NCBI RefSeq assembly: GCF_000189295.2
Contig: NC_016803.1
Span: forward strand, 1,920,001-1,952,000
DNA from: Pseudodesulfovibrio mercurii
Lineage (GTDB): Bacteria; Desulfobacterota; Desulfovibrionia; Desulfovibrionales; Desulfovibrionaceae
Direction: 5' to 3'
Length of the DNA: 32,000 bases
Shown here in pieces: positions 1 through 8,889 of this stretch. Numbering within the stretch: the first letter of the stretch is position 1; the number at the start of each line of letters is the position of its first letter. A program made the translations under genes and the position numbers. Below the pieces are notes generated by a model. It did not search any database, was not told where the DNA came from, and saw only the letters and a list, made by a program, of their open reading frames with translations.

Positions 1-1
1 G

Positions 2-190
2 TCCTCGGACGAGGAGTACGACCAGTACGACCTCAACGAGGACGGCGTGGTCACCCTGGACGAGTTGATGCAGGCCCTGAACCAGGGCGACACCAGCGTG
101 CAGGCCCTGTTCCAGAACATGGACGGCGGGTCCTCGGCCCTGATCCAGCGGCTGGCCAGCGAGGCCTACCAGGCCCAGATGGAGGCCTAG
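2..190 (+). CDS. 3' end of a gene for an EF-hand calcium-binding domain protein (5' truncated by the window edge)
   Basis: Frame 2 is open from the window edge to TAG at 188-190. The translation ...SSDEEYDQYDLNEDGVVTLDELMQALNQGD...EAYQAQMEA contains a canonical EF-hand loop D-x-N-x-D-G-x-V-x-x-x-E (DLNEDGVVTLDE). Codon usage is GC3-rich like the neighbours. It is absent from the ORF track because it is open at the edge. Confidence 0.6.
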   Translation, partial: SSDEEYDQYDLNEDGVVTLDELMQALNQGDTSVQALFQNMDGGSSALIQRLASEAYQAQMEA

Positions 191-335
191 CAAACGGCTA
201 CGGACCGCCTGCACGGCCCGCCCGACACCATCTCCCTCAGGGAGGAGAGAGATGCGTGCCGGGGCCGATCTCTCCTTGGCAAGAATCCCCCTCCCCGATA
301 GGATGCCATCGTAAACTGACATCCCGGAGGATTCC

Positions 336-1343
336 ATGCCGACCCGCCTTTCGTCCCCGACCACCCGACGCTTGCCCCTGGCCGCCCTGTTCCTGGCCCT
401 GCTCCTCGTGCTGCCCGGCTGCGCGCCCAAGATCAAGATATTCGCCTCCCAGGCCACCGAGCCCCTCAAGGAATACGTGGTGGACGGCGAGGGACCGGGC
501 AAGATCGCCCTCATTCACCTGCGCGGCTTCCTGTCCACCGAGCCCGCCCAGGGCATGCTCCGCTCCCAGCCCAGCGCGGTCCAGGAGCTGGTCAACAACC
601 TCAAGCTGGCCGAGGCGGACGACCAGGTCGGGGCCGTGGTCGTGGCCATCGACTCGCCCGGCGGGACCACCACCGCCTCGGACGTGCTCTACCACGAGCT
701 GACCGCCTTCAAGCAGCGCACCGGCAAGCCCGTGGTCGCGGCCATGTTCGACGTGGCCGCCTCGGGCGGATACTACGCGGCCCTGCCCGCCGACTGGATC
801 GTGGCCCACCCCACGACCATCACCGGGTCCGTGGGCGTGGTCTTCATGCGGCCCAAGCTGAACGGGCTCATGGACAAGGTCGGCGTGGACGTGGAGGTCT
901 CCAAGTCCGGCCGCGACAAGGACATGGGCTCGCCCTTCCGGCCCACCACCCCCGAGGAGGAGGCCCTGTTCCAGGGCATCATCGACGACATGGCCGCCCG
1001 GTTCTACGCCCTGGTCCAGGAGCACCGCCACCTGACCCCGGCGCACCTCGAAACGGTCAAGACCGCCCGCGTGTTCACCGCGAGCCAGGCCCTTTCCATC
1101 GGGCTCATCGACCAGATCGGCTACGTCCAGGACGCGTTCGCCAAGGCGCGCGACCTGGCCGGGCTCGACCCGGAGTGCAAGGTAGTCACCTATCGGCGGG
1201 ACATGTATCCCGACGACAACCCTTACAACACCTTGGACTCGGCGGAGCCGTACAAGCCGAGTCTGCTGGGGGTGGATGCGGGGTTTGTGCTGCCGCCCAG
1301 GGCGGGGTTCTGCTACGTCTGGGAGGGCGGGGTTACGAGGTAG
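336..1343 (+). CDS. sppA: Signal peptide peptidase SppA, 36K type (S49 peptidase), lipoprotein-like N-terminus
   Basis: 335-aa ORF with SD GGAGGA 5-6 nt upstream of the ATG. Signal/lipobox-like LLLVLPGC. S49 family signatures are present: IDSPGGT, the VAASGGYY nucleophile region and TGSVGV. Confidence 0.9.
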   Translation: MPTRLSSPTTRRLPLAALFLALLLVLPGCAPKIKIFASQATEPLKEYVVDGEGPGKIALIHLRGFLSTEPAQGMLRSQPSAVQELVNNLKLAEADDQVGAVVVAIDSPGGTTTASDVLYHELTAFKQRTGKPVVAAMFDVAASGGYYAALPADWIVAHPTTITGSVGVVFMRPKLNGLMDKVGVDVEVSKSGRDKDMGSPFRPTTPEEEALFQGIIDDMAARFYALVQEHRHLTPAHLETVKTARVFTASQALSIGLIDQIGYVQDAFAKARDLAGLDPECKVVTYRRDMYPDDNPYNTLDSAEPYKPSLLGVDAGFVLPPRAGFCYVWEGGVTR

Positions 1344-1373
1344 GCGATTCGGCCTCGCCGCGACCTGATGAGT

Positions 1374-1433
1374 GCGCCTGCGGCGCTGCCAGAGAGCGCG
1401 CCTGCGGCACTGCTTGAAGAGCGCGCCTGCGGC
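1374..1433. repeat. Three tandem copies of a roughly 24-25 bp unit sharing the core GCGCCTGCGGC
   Basis: The identical 11-mer GCGCCTGCGGC occurs at 1374, 1398 and 1423 with similar flanks (AG[T/C]GCGCCTGCGGC[G/A]CTGC). It is followed by a GC hairpin (about 1443-1467) and an A/T-only palindrome TTTTTTTG-CTGGCC-CAAAAAAA at 1525-1546. Confidence 0.6.
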
Positions 1434-1985
1434 GCGAGAGCCGGGAGGGAGCTGCGCTCCTCCCTCCGAGAGCCAGTGAGGCGGTTGCACCGCCACAGCT
1501 TCCATGCCCTCCCGGCGGGGTCCATTTTTTTGCTGGCCCAAAAAAATAGACGAAAAAAAGGGCCTTGCGGGGGGAGCGGCCGCCCGGGGAGGGGTCGCAA
1601 GAATCCGATCCGCTCGGGGCGGCTCCATCTGATCAAAAGTATAGAGCGTCTCCCGGAGCGGGATGGCCCCTTTTGGGTGAGACCGAACTTCGGTGGGACA
1701 AGAGCCGCCACCCCTTCGCGGTCGGCTTCTACGCGCCCCCTCCAGGGCTGGTTGGGAGATTGAGGTGCGGTGGGACGCGGGAGGGCGTGCGTTTTGGCGG
1801 GGCCGAGAGCCGCTGTCGAGTGCCGGGGGCACCCGAATCGCTCCAGTGGGCGCGAGTTGGGGGAGTGTGGGGTCGGAGATGCGGGCCGAGGGCGGAAGTT
1901 TGCGTTGGAAGAGCCCTGAAAGGGGGATGGGATGCGGTGAGCTTTCCTACTTCTCCCGCGACGCGCTTCATCTGAGTCTCAGTGT

Positions 1986-3160
1986 GCTGCCGCCAAGGCG
2001 CTCCGCCACACCCCTGTCGCTAGCGCGGCCCAATTTTTCTCACCCCGCCTCTTCGTACCCGGCCATCCGTACCGGCCCACTCCTTCCAGCCGAAGACCGG
2101 TAATCGACGGCGGACCCTAGAGCCCGTGTCCGGCGGCGAAAGCGCGGGTTTGAGCGCGTCTGCGCGGCAGACATTCGCTCACAACCAGCGAAAGCCGCCT
2201 ACGGGCTCTTGGGTTCGTCGACGCGCGGCAGCACCGCAGCGCAATTTTTGCTTCCTTTTTTCTGCGCCAGCAAAAAAGGAAGTCGCCGTAAAGGCGAAAT
2301 ACGATGTAACGAAAACAACCCAAAGCCCCGACGCGGATGCGCGGACAAATCCAAGGAGTTTCTCCCTCCCAGGCCCGCTGCAAGGCGAGCTACAACAACC
2401 CCGCCGCGCCAGCGCGGACAACTTTTCGACCTCAGACCTCTTCGTACCCGGCCATCCGCCCCGGCCCACTCCCCACACCCGAAGAGCGGTAGTCGGCGGC
2501 GGACCCTAGAGCCCGTGTCCGGCGGCGAAAGCGCAGGTTTGAGCGCGTCTGCGCAGCAGACATTCGCTCACAACCAGCGAAAGCCGCTTACGGGCTCTTG
2601 GGTCCGTCGGCGGGCGGCAGCACCGCAGCGCAGTTTTTGCTTCCTTTTTTCTGCGCCGGCAAAAAAGGAAGTCGCCGTAAAGGCGAAACACGATGTAACG
2701 AAAACAACCCAAAGCCCCGACGCGGATGCGCGGACAAATCCAAGGAGTCTCTCCCTCCCAAGCCTGCCGCAGGCGATCCGCCACAACCCCGCTCGCGCCA
2801 GCGCGGACAACTTCTCGACCTCAGACCTCTTCGTAACCGGCCATCCCCCCCGGCCCACTCCTCGCACCCGAAGAGCGGTAATCGGCGGCGGACCCTAGAG
2901 CCCGTGTTCGGCGGCGAAAGCGCGGGTTTGAGCGCGTCTGCGCGGCAGGCATTCGCTCCCAACCAGCGAAAGCCGCCTACGGGCTCTTGGGTCCGTCGGC
3001 GCGCGGCAGCACCGCAGCGCAGTTTTTGCTTCCTTTTTTCTGCGCCAGCAAAAAAGGAAGTCGCCGTAAAGGCGAAATACAATGTAGGGATGACAACCCA
3101 AAGCCCGGTCGCGAACGCGCGGCCATTCTCCCGCCCCCCCCCAGGCCCGCCGCCAAGCGA
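1986..3160. repeat. Tandem macro-repeat with a 389-bp unit, about 3 copies: partial 1986-2116, full 2117-2505, full 2506-2894, partial 2895-about 3160
   Basis: CTAGAGCCCGTGTCCGGCGGCGAAAGCG recurs at 2117, 2506 and 2895 (exact 389-bp spacing), and the units align by eye with only scattered substitutions. The ORF track shows the same peptides repeated on both strands. Each unit carries the hairpin CTTCCTTTTTT-N10-AAAAAAGGAAG (2251-2282, 2640-2671, 3029-3060) followed by TCGCC-GTAAA-GGCGA. Confidence 0.9.
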
Positions 3161-3239
3161 TTCCCCCTCCATCTCGTGTTGCAAGTGGCGGGACGTTGTC
3201 GTAGGGTCATGGCTTCACCCGAATTCCAAGGAGTTTCCC

Positions 3240-4430
3240 ATGCAAGTCATTTCCAGCCAGATAGCGGGGTACATGGAGCGGTCCTCCTGGATCCGCAAGA
3301 TGTTCGAAGAGGGCATCGCCCTGAAGAAAAAGTACGGCGAGGACGCGGTCTGCGACTTCAGCCTCGGCAACCCGGACCTGCCGCCGCCGCCCGCCATCAA
3401 GGCCGGACTCCTGGAGCTTGCCGAGGAGGCGGACAAGCCGTTCTTCATGGGCTACATGCCCAACTTCGGCTACCCCGACGTGCGCGCCAAACTGGCCGAC
3501 GCGGTCTCCAGGGAACAGGGCGTGGACGTGCCGCCCGAGGCCCTGGTCATCACCTGCGGCGCGGCCGGGGCGCTCAACTCGTTCTTCCGGGCCGTGCTCG
3601 AACCCGGCGACGAGGTCATGACCCCGGCCCCGTTCTTCGTGGAGTACGCCTTCTACTGCGAGAACCACGGCGCGAAACTCACCCCGGTCCCGGCCAAGCC
3701 CCTGACCTTCCAGCTCGACCTGGAGGCCATGGACAAGGCCATCACCGACAAGACCCGCGTGGTCATGCTCAACTCGCCCAACAACCCGTCGGGCGCGGTC
3801 TACGACAAACCCTCCCTGGAGGCGCTGGCCGCCATCCTGGAGAAACACAACGCCAAACGGGAGCGGCCCATCTACATCCTGGCCGACGAACCCTACCGGT
3901 TCCTGGCCTTTGACGGCGCGGTCGTGCCGAGCCTGCTGCCCATCTACAAGTACACCGTGGTCTGCTCGTCCTTCTCCAAGAACCTGTCCATGGCCGGTGA
4001 GCGCATCGGCTATGCCCTGGTCAACCCGGCCATGGAGGACATGGCCACCGTGGTCGGCGGCGTGACCCTGGCCAACCGCATCCTCGGCTTCGTCAACGCC
4101 CCGGCCCTGGCCCAGAAGCTCATGGCCAAGGCGCTCGGCTCCGGCGTGGACATCTCCATCTACGACCGCCGCCGCAAGGCCATGGCCCAGGTCCTGGACA
4201 ACGCGGGCTACGAATACACCATGCCCAAAGGCGCGTTCTACTTCTTCCCCAAGGCGCCCGGCGGCGACGACATCAAGTTCTGCGCCGCGCTCACGGAGGA
4301 AAAGGTCCTGGCCGTGCCCGGTTCCGGCTTCGGCTACCCCGGCTTCTTCCGCCTGTCCTTCTCCGTGGAGGACAAGATCATCCCCCGCTCCCAGCCCGGC
4401 TTCACCGCCGCCATGGCCAAATTCAAATAG
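3240..4430 (+). CDS. Pyridoxal-phosphate-dependent aminotransferase, class I/II (aspartate/alanine aminotransferase-like)
   Basis: The ATG at 3240 is preceded by AAGGAG (3228-3233). The 396-aa product carries class I aminotransferase features: LGNPDLPPP, NSPNNPSG and the PLP-lysine motif SSFSKNLSMAGERIGY. The track ORF (2598..4430) runs upstream only because the repeat region lacks a stop in that frame. Confidence 0.9.
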   Translation: MQVISSQIAGYMERSSWIRKMFEEGIALKKKYGEDAVCDFSLGNPDLPPPPAIKAGLLELAEEADKPFFMGYMPNFGYPDVRAKLADAVSREQGVDVPPEALVITCGAAGALNSFFRAVLEPGDEVMTPAPFFVEYAFYCENHGAKLTPVPAKPLTFQLDLEAMDKAITDKTRVVMLNSPNNPSGAVYDKPSLEALAAILEKHNAKRERPIYILADEPYRFLAFDGAVVPSLLPIYKYTVVCSSFSKNLSMAGERIGYALVNPAMEDMATVVGGVTLANRILGFVNAPALAQKLMAKALGSGVDISIYDRRRKAMAQVLDNAGYEYTMPKGAFYFFPKAPGGDDIKFCAALTEEKVLAVPGSGFGYPGFFRLSFSVEDKIIPRSQPGFTAAMAKFK

Positions 4431-4445
4431 CAGCCGTTCGACAAT

Positions 4446-4487
4446 AAAAAGGCGTGGACGCGTGTTGCGCGTCCACGCCTTTTTTTT
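4446..4487 (+). terminator. Rho-independent terminator after the aminotransferase gene (A-tract/T-tract flanked, potentially bidirectional)
   Basis: GGCGTGGACGCG-TGTT-GCGCGTCCACGCC forms a 12-13 bp GC stem, followed by T8 (4480-4487) and preceded by A5. Confidence 0.85.
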
Positions 4488-4502
4488 CGCCTCCGACGGC
4501 CG

Positions 4503-4555
4503 GGGGAAGGGGGAAAGGAAACCCTTTGCAAAGGGCTTTCCTTTCCCCCTTCCCC
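4503..4555. repeat. 53-nt near-perfect palindrome (REP-like hairpin or cruciform element)
   Basis: In GGGGAAGGGGGAAAGGAAACCCTTTG|CAAAGGGcTTTCCTTTCCCCCTTCCCC, the arms 4503-4528 and 4529-4555 pair over 26 bp with a single bulged C (4536). Confidence 0.85.
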
Positions 4556-4780
4556 TGAACCCCCATCCCCCATTCCTTCCTAAACTTTTTGTCGCCGCTA
4601 CGCGGGGTCATAGCGCGCAAGAGCACCCTCTTCCACCCACCGTTCCAACACGTCGCCGTGACAAATTCCTTGTCCCCCGTCCCTCCCGGCGGCGTGGGCA
4701 ATCGTTACGAAGGGTTCACGCCGGGCGGCCCCCCGCCGATTCCTCCGCGCAACACCTCCCCCCTCTCCCGCTTTCCACAC

Positions 4781-4812
4781 GAAAAAGGCGCGTCCCGTTG
4801 CCGGGGCGCGCC
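4781..4812 (-). terminator. Rho-independent terminator of the chemoreceptor gene
   Basis: The minus strand reads GGCGCGCCCCGGCAACGGGACGCGCC followed by TTTTTC. It lies about 25 nt downstream of the MCP stop (4839). Confidence 0.7.
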
Positions 4813-4838
4813 TGGTTTTCCCGAGGGGGAGGCTGGGG

Positions 4839-6728
4839 TTAGAAGTGTTCGAAGTCGTCCTGGTCGGACCCGCCGGAAGAGGCGGTCAGGGCCGGGGCGG
4901 GGGTACGGGTGGCCACGGTGCGCTTGGCGGACCGGGCGTAATTGGCGTCCCGGCGCAGCTGGAAGTAGGCCACGGTCTGCTGGAGCTGAATGGCCTGTCC
5001 GGAGAGTTCCTCGGAGGTGGAGGAGGTCTCTTCGGACGCGGCGGCATTCTGCTGGATGACGCGGTCCAGTTCGGTGGTGGCGGTATTGATGTCCCGGGCC
5101 CCGGAATTCTGTTCCTGGGTGGAGGCGGTGATTTCCTGGATGAGGTCCGAGGTCTTCTTGATGTCCGGGACGAGCCGTTCGAGCATCTTTCCGGCGCGGT
5201 TGGCCACGGTCATGCTGGAGGCGGACAGCTCGCTGATTTCGGCGGCGGCGATGCCGGACCGTTCGGCGAGCTTGCGCACTTCGGCGGCGACCACGGCGAA
5301 GCCCTTGCCGTGTTCACCGGCGCGGGCGGCCTCGATGGCGGCGTTGAGGGCCAGGAGGTTGGTCTGGCGGGCGATCTCCTCGATAATGGAGATCTTTTCG
5401 GCGATGTCGCTCATGGCGTTGACGGCCTCGGCCACGGCCTCGCCGCCCTCCTGGGCGTCCTTGGCGGCCTGTGCGGCCAGAGCCTCGGTCTCCTTGGCGT
5501 TGGCTGCGGTGGCGTTGATGCTGGAGCTCATCTGTTCGATGGCGCTGGACAGCCGTTCCACGCCTCCGGCCTGGGCGGTGGCGCCCTGGGCCAGGGCCTC
5601 GGCGGTGGCGGACAGTTCCTCGGCCCCGGAGGCCACGTTCTCGCTGCCGGACTGGATGTCTTCGACGACCTTGCCGATGCTGTCCACCATGGCCTCGAAC
5701 GAATCGCGCAGCCGGGCCAGTTCGCCGCTGAAGCGGCCGGTGAAGTCCACGGACAGGTCGCCGTGGCTGACCAGCTCCGACTTCTCGACGATGATGCCGA
5801 GCGGCTTGGACACGAGCCTGCGGATGATCACGAAGACCAGGGCGAGGATGACGATCAGGGCCACGCCGCCCGCCAGGATCAGGCGGTATTGGAGCTGTTC
5901 GGCCTCATGGAGGAAGTCGGACCGCTCGGCGGACAGGGCCACGATCCAGCCGGTGCGCTTGACCTGGCCGAAGGCCATGTACTTGACCGCGCCCTGCCAT
6001 TCGTACTGGATGAAGCCGTTCTTCTGGCGCAGCCCTTCCTGGATGAAGCTCTTGTCGGAGAGGTCCTTGAAGATGAGCGAGGCGTCCGGGTGGGCCAGGA
6101 TCTTGCCGGTGGAGTCATACATGTAGCAATAGCCGTTGTCGCCGACCTTGATGGGCGCGAGGTAGTCGGAGAAGGCCTCGCCCAGGACGGACATGCCCAC
6201 GTAGCCGACGGTCCGGCCGTCGCGCTTGACCGCGCGGACAAAGGCGACGCGCGGCTTGTTGGTGGCCGGGGACAGGCTCACTTCGGAGATGAACTCGTCC
6301 TGGCCGTCGGTCATGATCGCCTTGTAATAGGGCCGGGAGCTGTAGTCCTGACCCCGGCCGTCCTTGTTGGTGGTGACCACGCTGATGCCCTTGGCGTCGT
6401 GCACGAACAGGGATTCGAGCATGGGGTCCTGGGCCTTGGCCCTCTGGAGCCAGGCCTCGGCCTGTTGCCAGTCGCCGTCCGCGGCGGCCTCGATGACCTC
6501 GGCCGAGGTGGCGGCCAGGCCGAGGAAGCGCATGCGGTCCTCGATCCAGCCGTCCAGGGTGGCGGTGACGCTGCGCGTGTTCTGGCTGAGGGTCTTGTCC
6601 ACGATGGACAGGGTCAGGTCCTTGGTGCCGATGGATACGGAAATCAGGAAAAAGACGACCAGGGCCAGCATGAACAGGGCCAGCATGGCCACCAGCCGCT
6701 GTCCGATCCCGACATTGGAAAACTTCAT
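4839..6728 (-). CDS. Methyl-accepting chemotaxis protein with a periplasmic double-Cache-like sensor, HAMP and MCP signalling domain
   Basis: 629 aa. There are two TM segments ([20 protein letters not shown] and [23 protein letters not shown]) flanking a roughly 250-aa sensor region. The highly conserved MCP hairpin is present ([41 protein letters not shown]). SD GGGGGA lies upstream of the ATG at 6728. Confidence 0.92.
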   Translation of the reverse strand: MKFSNVGIGQRLVAMLALFMLALVVFFLISVSIGTKDLTLSIVDKTLSQNTRSVTATLDGWIEDRMRFLGLAATSAEVIEAAADGDWQQAEAWLQRAKAQDPMLESLFVHDAKGISVVTTNKDGRGQDYSSRPYYKAIMTDGQDEFISEVSLSPATNKPRVAFVRAVKRDGRTVGYVGMSVLGEAFSDYLAPIKVGDNGYCYMYDSTGKILAHPDASLIFKDLSDKSFIQEGLRQKNGFIQYEWQGAVKYMAFGQVKRTGWIVALSAERSDFLHEAEQLQYRLILAGGVALIVILALVFVIIRRLVSKPLGIIVEKSELVSHGDLSVDFTGRFSGELARLRDSFEAMVDSIGKVVEDIQSGSENVASGAEELSATAEALAQGATAQAGGVERLSSAIEQMSSSINATAANAKETEALAAQAAKDAQEGGEAVAEAVNAMSDIAEKISIIEEIARQTNLLALNAAIEAARAGEHGKGFAVVAAEVRKLAERSGIAAAEISELSASSMTVANRAGKMLERLVPDIKKTSDLIQEITASTQEQNSGARDINTATTELDRVIQQNAAASEETSSTSEELSGQAIQLQQTVAYFQLRRDANYARSAKRTVATRTPAPALTASSGGSDQDDFEHF

Positions 6729-7036
6729 GATATCCCCCTTGGTTTATAGTCCGTATCAATCATATATGCATATTTGTCACGCCTGCGCCATTATTCCTTA
6801 AGGAACCCATCAAATTTATAAAGATCACGCCGACGCGTTATAGAGGGCATGAACCGGCCCACGAGGAGGCGCGCCCGCGGGTTGAAAAATTTGGCCCTGC
6901 GCCCCCCTTCCCTGGAAAAAGTTTAAATTCTTGTACCGATGTCCGTCCCAACGACCGGGTTCTGTGGCTGGCAACTGTGCGTGCAACATACTTGAATAAT
7001 ATGACAAAAAAATTTTATTACTTTCCTTTCGAGATT

Positions 7037-7052
7037 TGGCACGGCCAGTGCA
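7037..7052 (+). promoter_or_regulatory. Candidate sigma-54 (-24/-12) promoter
   Basis: TGGCAC-GGCCA-GTGCA has exact GG-N10-GC spacing and one mismatch to TGGCAC-N5-TTGCW. An A/T-rich tract (7005-7025) immediately upstream could act as a bend or IHF-type region. Confidence 0.55.
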
Positions 7053-7062
7053 ATAAGATAGG

Positions 7063-7123
7063 CATCTTCCTTCTTTTGCACCGAGAAAGTCACAGGCCTC
7101 CGCAAGGAGGCCTTTCTCGTTTT
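7063..7123 (+). ncRNA. Candidate sigma-54-dependent small RNA (about 60 nt)
   Basis: The predicted TSS is about 12 nt after the -12 GC. The transcript would read ...CAUCUUCCUUCUUUUGCACC followed by a terminator hairpin and U-tract. No start codon with an SD occurs in the interval. The pyrimidine stretch CUUCCUUCU (7066-7074) is complementary to AGGAAG/GGAGG-type SD sequences. Confidence 0.4.
7083..7123 (+). terminator. Rho-independent terminator (caps the candidate sRNA)
   Basis: GAGAAAG-tcac-AGGCCTCC-GCAA-GGAGGCCT-TTCTC forms an extended stem followed by GTTTT. It has plus-strand polarity, and no plus-strand CDS lies upstream. Confidence 0.65.
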
Positions 7124-7170
7124 GGGGGACGGGAAGGTTTCGAAAAAGGCGCGGGGCGTTTTTCGGGCGC

Positions 7171-7202
7171 AAAAAAGCCGGTCCGGGCAACCCCGAACCG
7201 GC
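7171..7202 (-). terminator. Rho-independent terminator of ilvD
   Basis: The minus strand reads GCCGGTTCGGGGTTGCCCGGACCGGC followed by TTTTTT, about 25 nt after the ilvD stop. Confidence 0.7.
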
Positions 7203-7227
7203 TCTGTCGCGGGCCTGGCGGGCCCGG

Positions 7228-8889
7228 TTATTTCTCGTAGACCGCGCCGCGCGAGGCCGAGGTGACCAGCTTGGCGTAGCGCCGCAGGAACGGCGACTTG
7301 ATCTCCTTGACCACGGGCTTGTGGGTCTTGCGGCGTTCGGCCAGTTCGGCCTCATCCACCAGCAGGGTGATCTTGCGGGCCGGGATGTCGATCTCGATGC
7401 GGTCGCCCTCGCGGATCAGTCCCACCGGGCCGCCCGCAGCGGCTTCGGGCGAGACGTGGCCGATGGCCGCGCCGCGCGTGCCGCCGGAGAACCGGCCGTC
7501 GGTGATCAGCGCCACGGAGCCGCCGAGCCCCATGCCGGAGATGGCCGAGGTGGGGGTGAGCATCTCGCGCATGCCGGGGCCGCCCTTGGGGCCTTCGTAG
7601 AGGATGACGACCACGTCGCCGGGCTTGATCTCGTTGCCCAGGATGGCAGCCACGCCCTCCTCCTCGCTGTTGAAGACCCTGGCCGTGCCGGTGTTGTGCA
7701 TCATCTCCGGGGCCACGGCGGACTGCTTCACGCAGCATCCCTCGGGGGCGATGTTGCCGTACAGGATGGCGATGCCGCCCTCCTCGGAGTAGGGGTTGTC
7801 GATGGGCCGGACGATCTCGTGGTTGGAGACGTGCGCATTGAGGTCCTTCAGGTTCTCGCCCAGCGTCTTGCCGGTGACGGTCATGACGTCCAGGTTGAGC
7901 AGGTCGCGCTTGGCCAGCTCGGACATGACGCCGGGGATGCCGCCCGCCTCTTCCAGCTCCTCCATATAGTGGGGACCGGCCGGGGCCAGCTTGCACAGGT
8001 TCGGCGTTTTCATACTGATTTCATTGAACATCTGTAGTGAAAGATCAAGTCCGGCCTCGGCGAACAGGGCGGGCAGGTGCAGGGTGGTGTTGGTGGAGCA
8101 GCCCAGCGCCATGTCCATGGTCACGGCGTTGTGCACGGACTTTTCGGTAACGATGTCGCGCGGACGGATGTTCCGTTCGAGCATCTCCATGACCTGCATG
8201 CCCGCCTTCTTGGCCAGCCGGATGCGGGCGGACATGACCGCCGGGATGGTCCCGTTGCCGGGCAGGGCCAGGCCGATGGACTCGGACAGGCAGTTCATGG
8301 AGTTGGCCGTGAACATGCCCGAGCAGGAGCCGCAGGTGGGGCAGGCCCCGGCGGTGTACGCCTCCAGTTCCTCCTCGGTCATCTGGCCCGCGCGGACCTT
8401 GCCCACGCCCTCGAACACGGTGATCAGGTCCGAGGTGCGCTTGTGTCCGGCCAGCATGGGGCCGCCGGAGACGATCACGGCCGGGATGTTCAGGCGGAGC
8501 ATGGCCATGAGCATGCCGGGCACGATCTTGTCGCAGTTGGGAATGCAGACCAGGGCGTCGAAGGGATGCGCCGTGGCCATGATCTCCACGGAGTCGGCGA
8601 TGATCTCGCGGCTGGGCAGGGACATCTTCATGCCCTCGTGGTTCATGGCCAGGCCGTCGCATACGCCGATGGCAGGAAATTCCATGGGGGTGCCGCCCGC
8701 CATGCGGATGCCCGCCTTGACGGCTGCGGCGATGGTGTCCAGATGAATGTGCCCGGGAATGATCTCGTTCTGGGCGTTGCATACGCCGATGAGCGGCCTG
8801 TCCATTTCTTCCCTGGTCAGCCCGTCCGCATACAGCAGCGAACGGTGCGGGGCCTTCTCCAATCCACCAGTCATCTTCTTGCTACGCAT
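7228..8889 (-). CDS. ilvD: Dihydroxy-acid dehydratase
   Basis: 553 aa. The N-terminus is ...[39 protein letters not shown]. It carries the Fe-S ligand region [11 protein letters not shown] and the C-terminal [20 protein letters not shown], all typical of IlvD. SD GAGAGG is present. Confidence 0.97.
   Translation of the reverse strand: MRSKKMTGGLEKAPHRSLLYADGLTREEMDRPLIGVCNAQNEIIPGHIHLDTIAAAVKAGIRMAGGTPMEFPAIGVCDGLAMNHEGMKMSLPSREIIADSVEIMATAHPFDALVCIPNCDKIVPGMLMAMLRLNIPAVIVSGGPMLAGHKRTSDLITVFEGVGKVRAGQMTEEELEAYTAGACPTCGSCSGMFTANSMNCLSESIGLALPGNGTIPAVMSARIRLAKKAGMQVMEMLERNIRPRDIVTEKSVHNAVTMDMALGCSTNTTLHLPALFAEAGLDLSLQMFNEISMKTPNLCKLAPAGPHYMEELEEAGGIPGVMSELAKRDLLNLDVMTVTGKTLGENLKDLNAHVSNHEIVRPIDNPYSEEGGIAILYGNIAPEGCCVKQSAVAPEMMHNTGTARVFNSEEEGVAAILGNEIKPGDVVVILYEGPKGGPGMREMLTPTSAISGMGLGGSVALITDGRFSGGTRGAAIGHVSPEAAAGGPVGLIREGDRIEIDIPARKITLLVDEAELAERRKTHKPVVKEIKSPFLRRYAKLVTSASRGAVYEK

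Noticed and set aside
1986-3160. Possible CRISPR array, because of the regular repeats
   Set aside because: The period is 389 bp and whole units are homologous. There is no alternation of short 25-40 bp repeats with unique spacers, and no cas genes.
2117-3210. Sets of near-identical 68-229 aa ORFs on both strands within the 389-bp repeat array
   Set aside because: They repeat only because the DNA repeats. They occur in several frames and on both strands, are R/P/A-rich with no start context, and substitutions between units show no codon-position bias that I can see.
2598-3239. 214-aa N-terminal extension of the aminotransferase ORF given in the track
   Set aside because: The extension runs through the tandem repeat and is low-complexity. 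A canonical AAGGAG-N6-ATG start at 3240 gives a protein of normal aminotransferase length and N-terminus.
6799-6810. 12-mer TAAGGAACCCAT shared between the MCP upstream region and the vWA-OmpA upstream region (29303-29314), considered as a common operator
   Set aside because: A single shared 12-mer in 32 kb on two strands is expected by chance. The positions relative to the two genes differ in orientation and distance.
6729-6830. Sigma-28 (FliA) promoter upstream of the chemoreceptor
   Set aside because: The best TAAA-N15 candidate is followed by AAGGAATA, matching only 3 of 8 positions of GCCGATAA.
6977-7240. 87-aa plus-strand ORF covering the candidate sRNA region
   Set aside because: It has no SD and reads through two terminators and into the ilvD 3' end. 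The sequence is low-complexity at the C-terminus.
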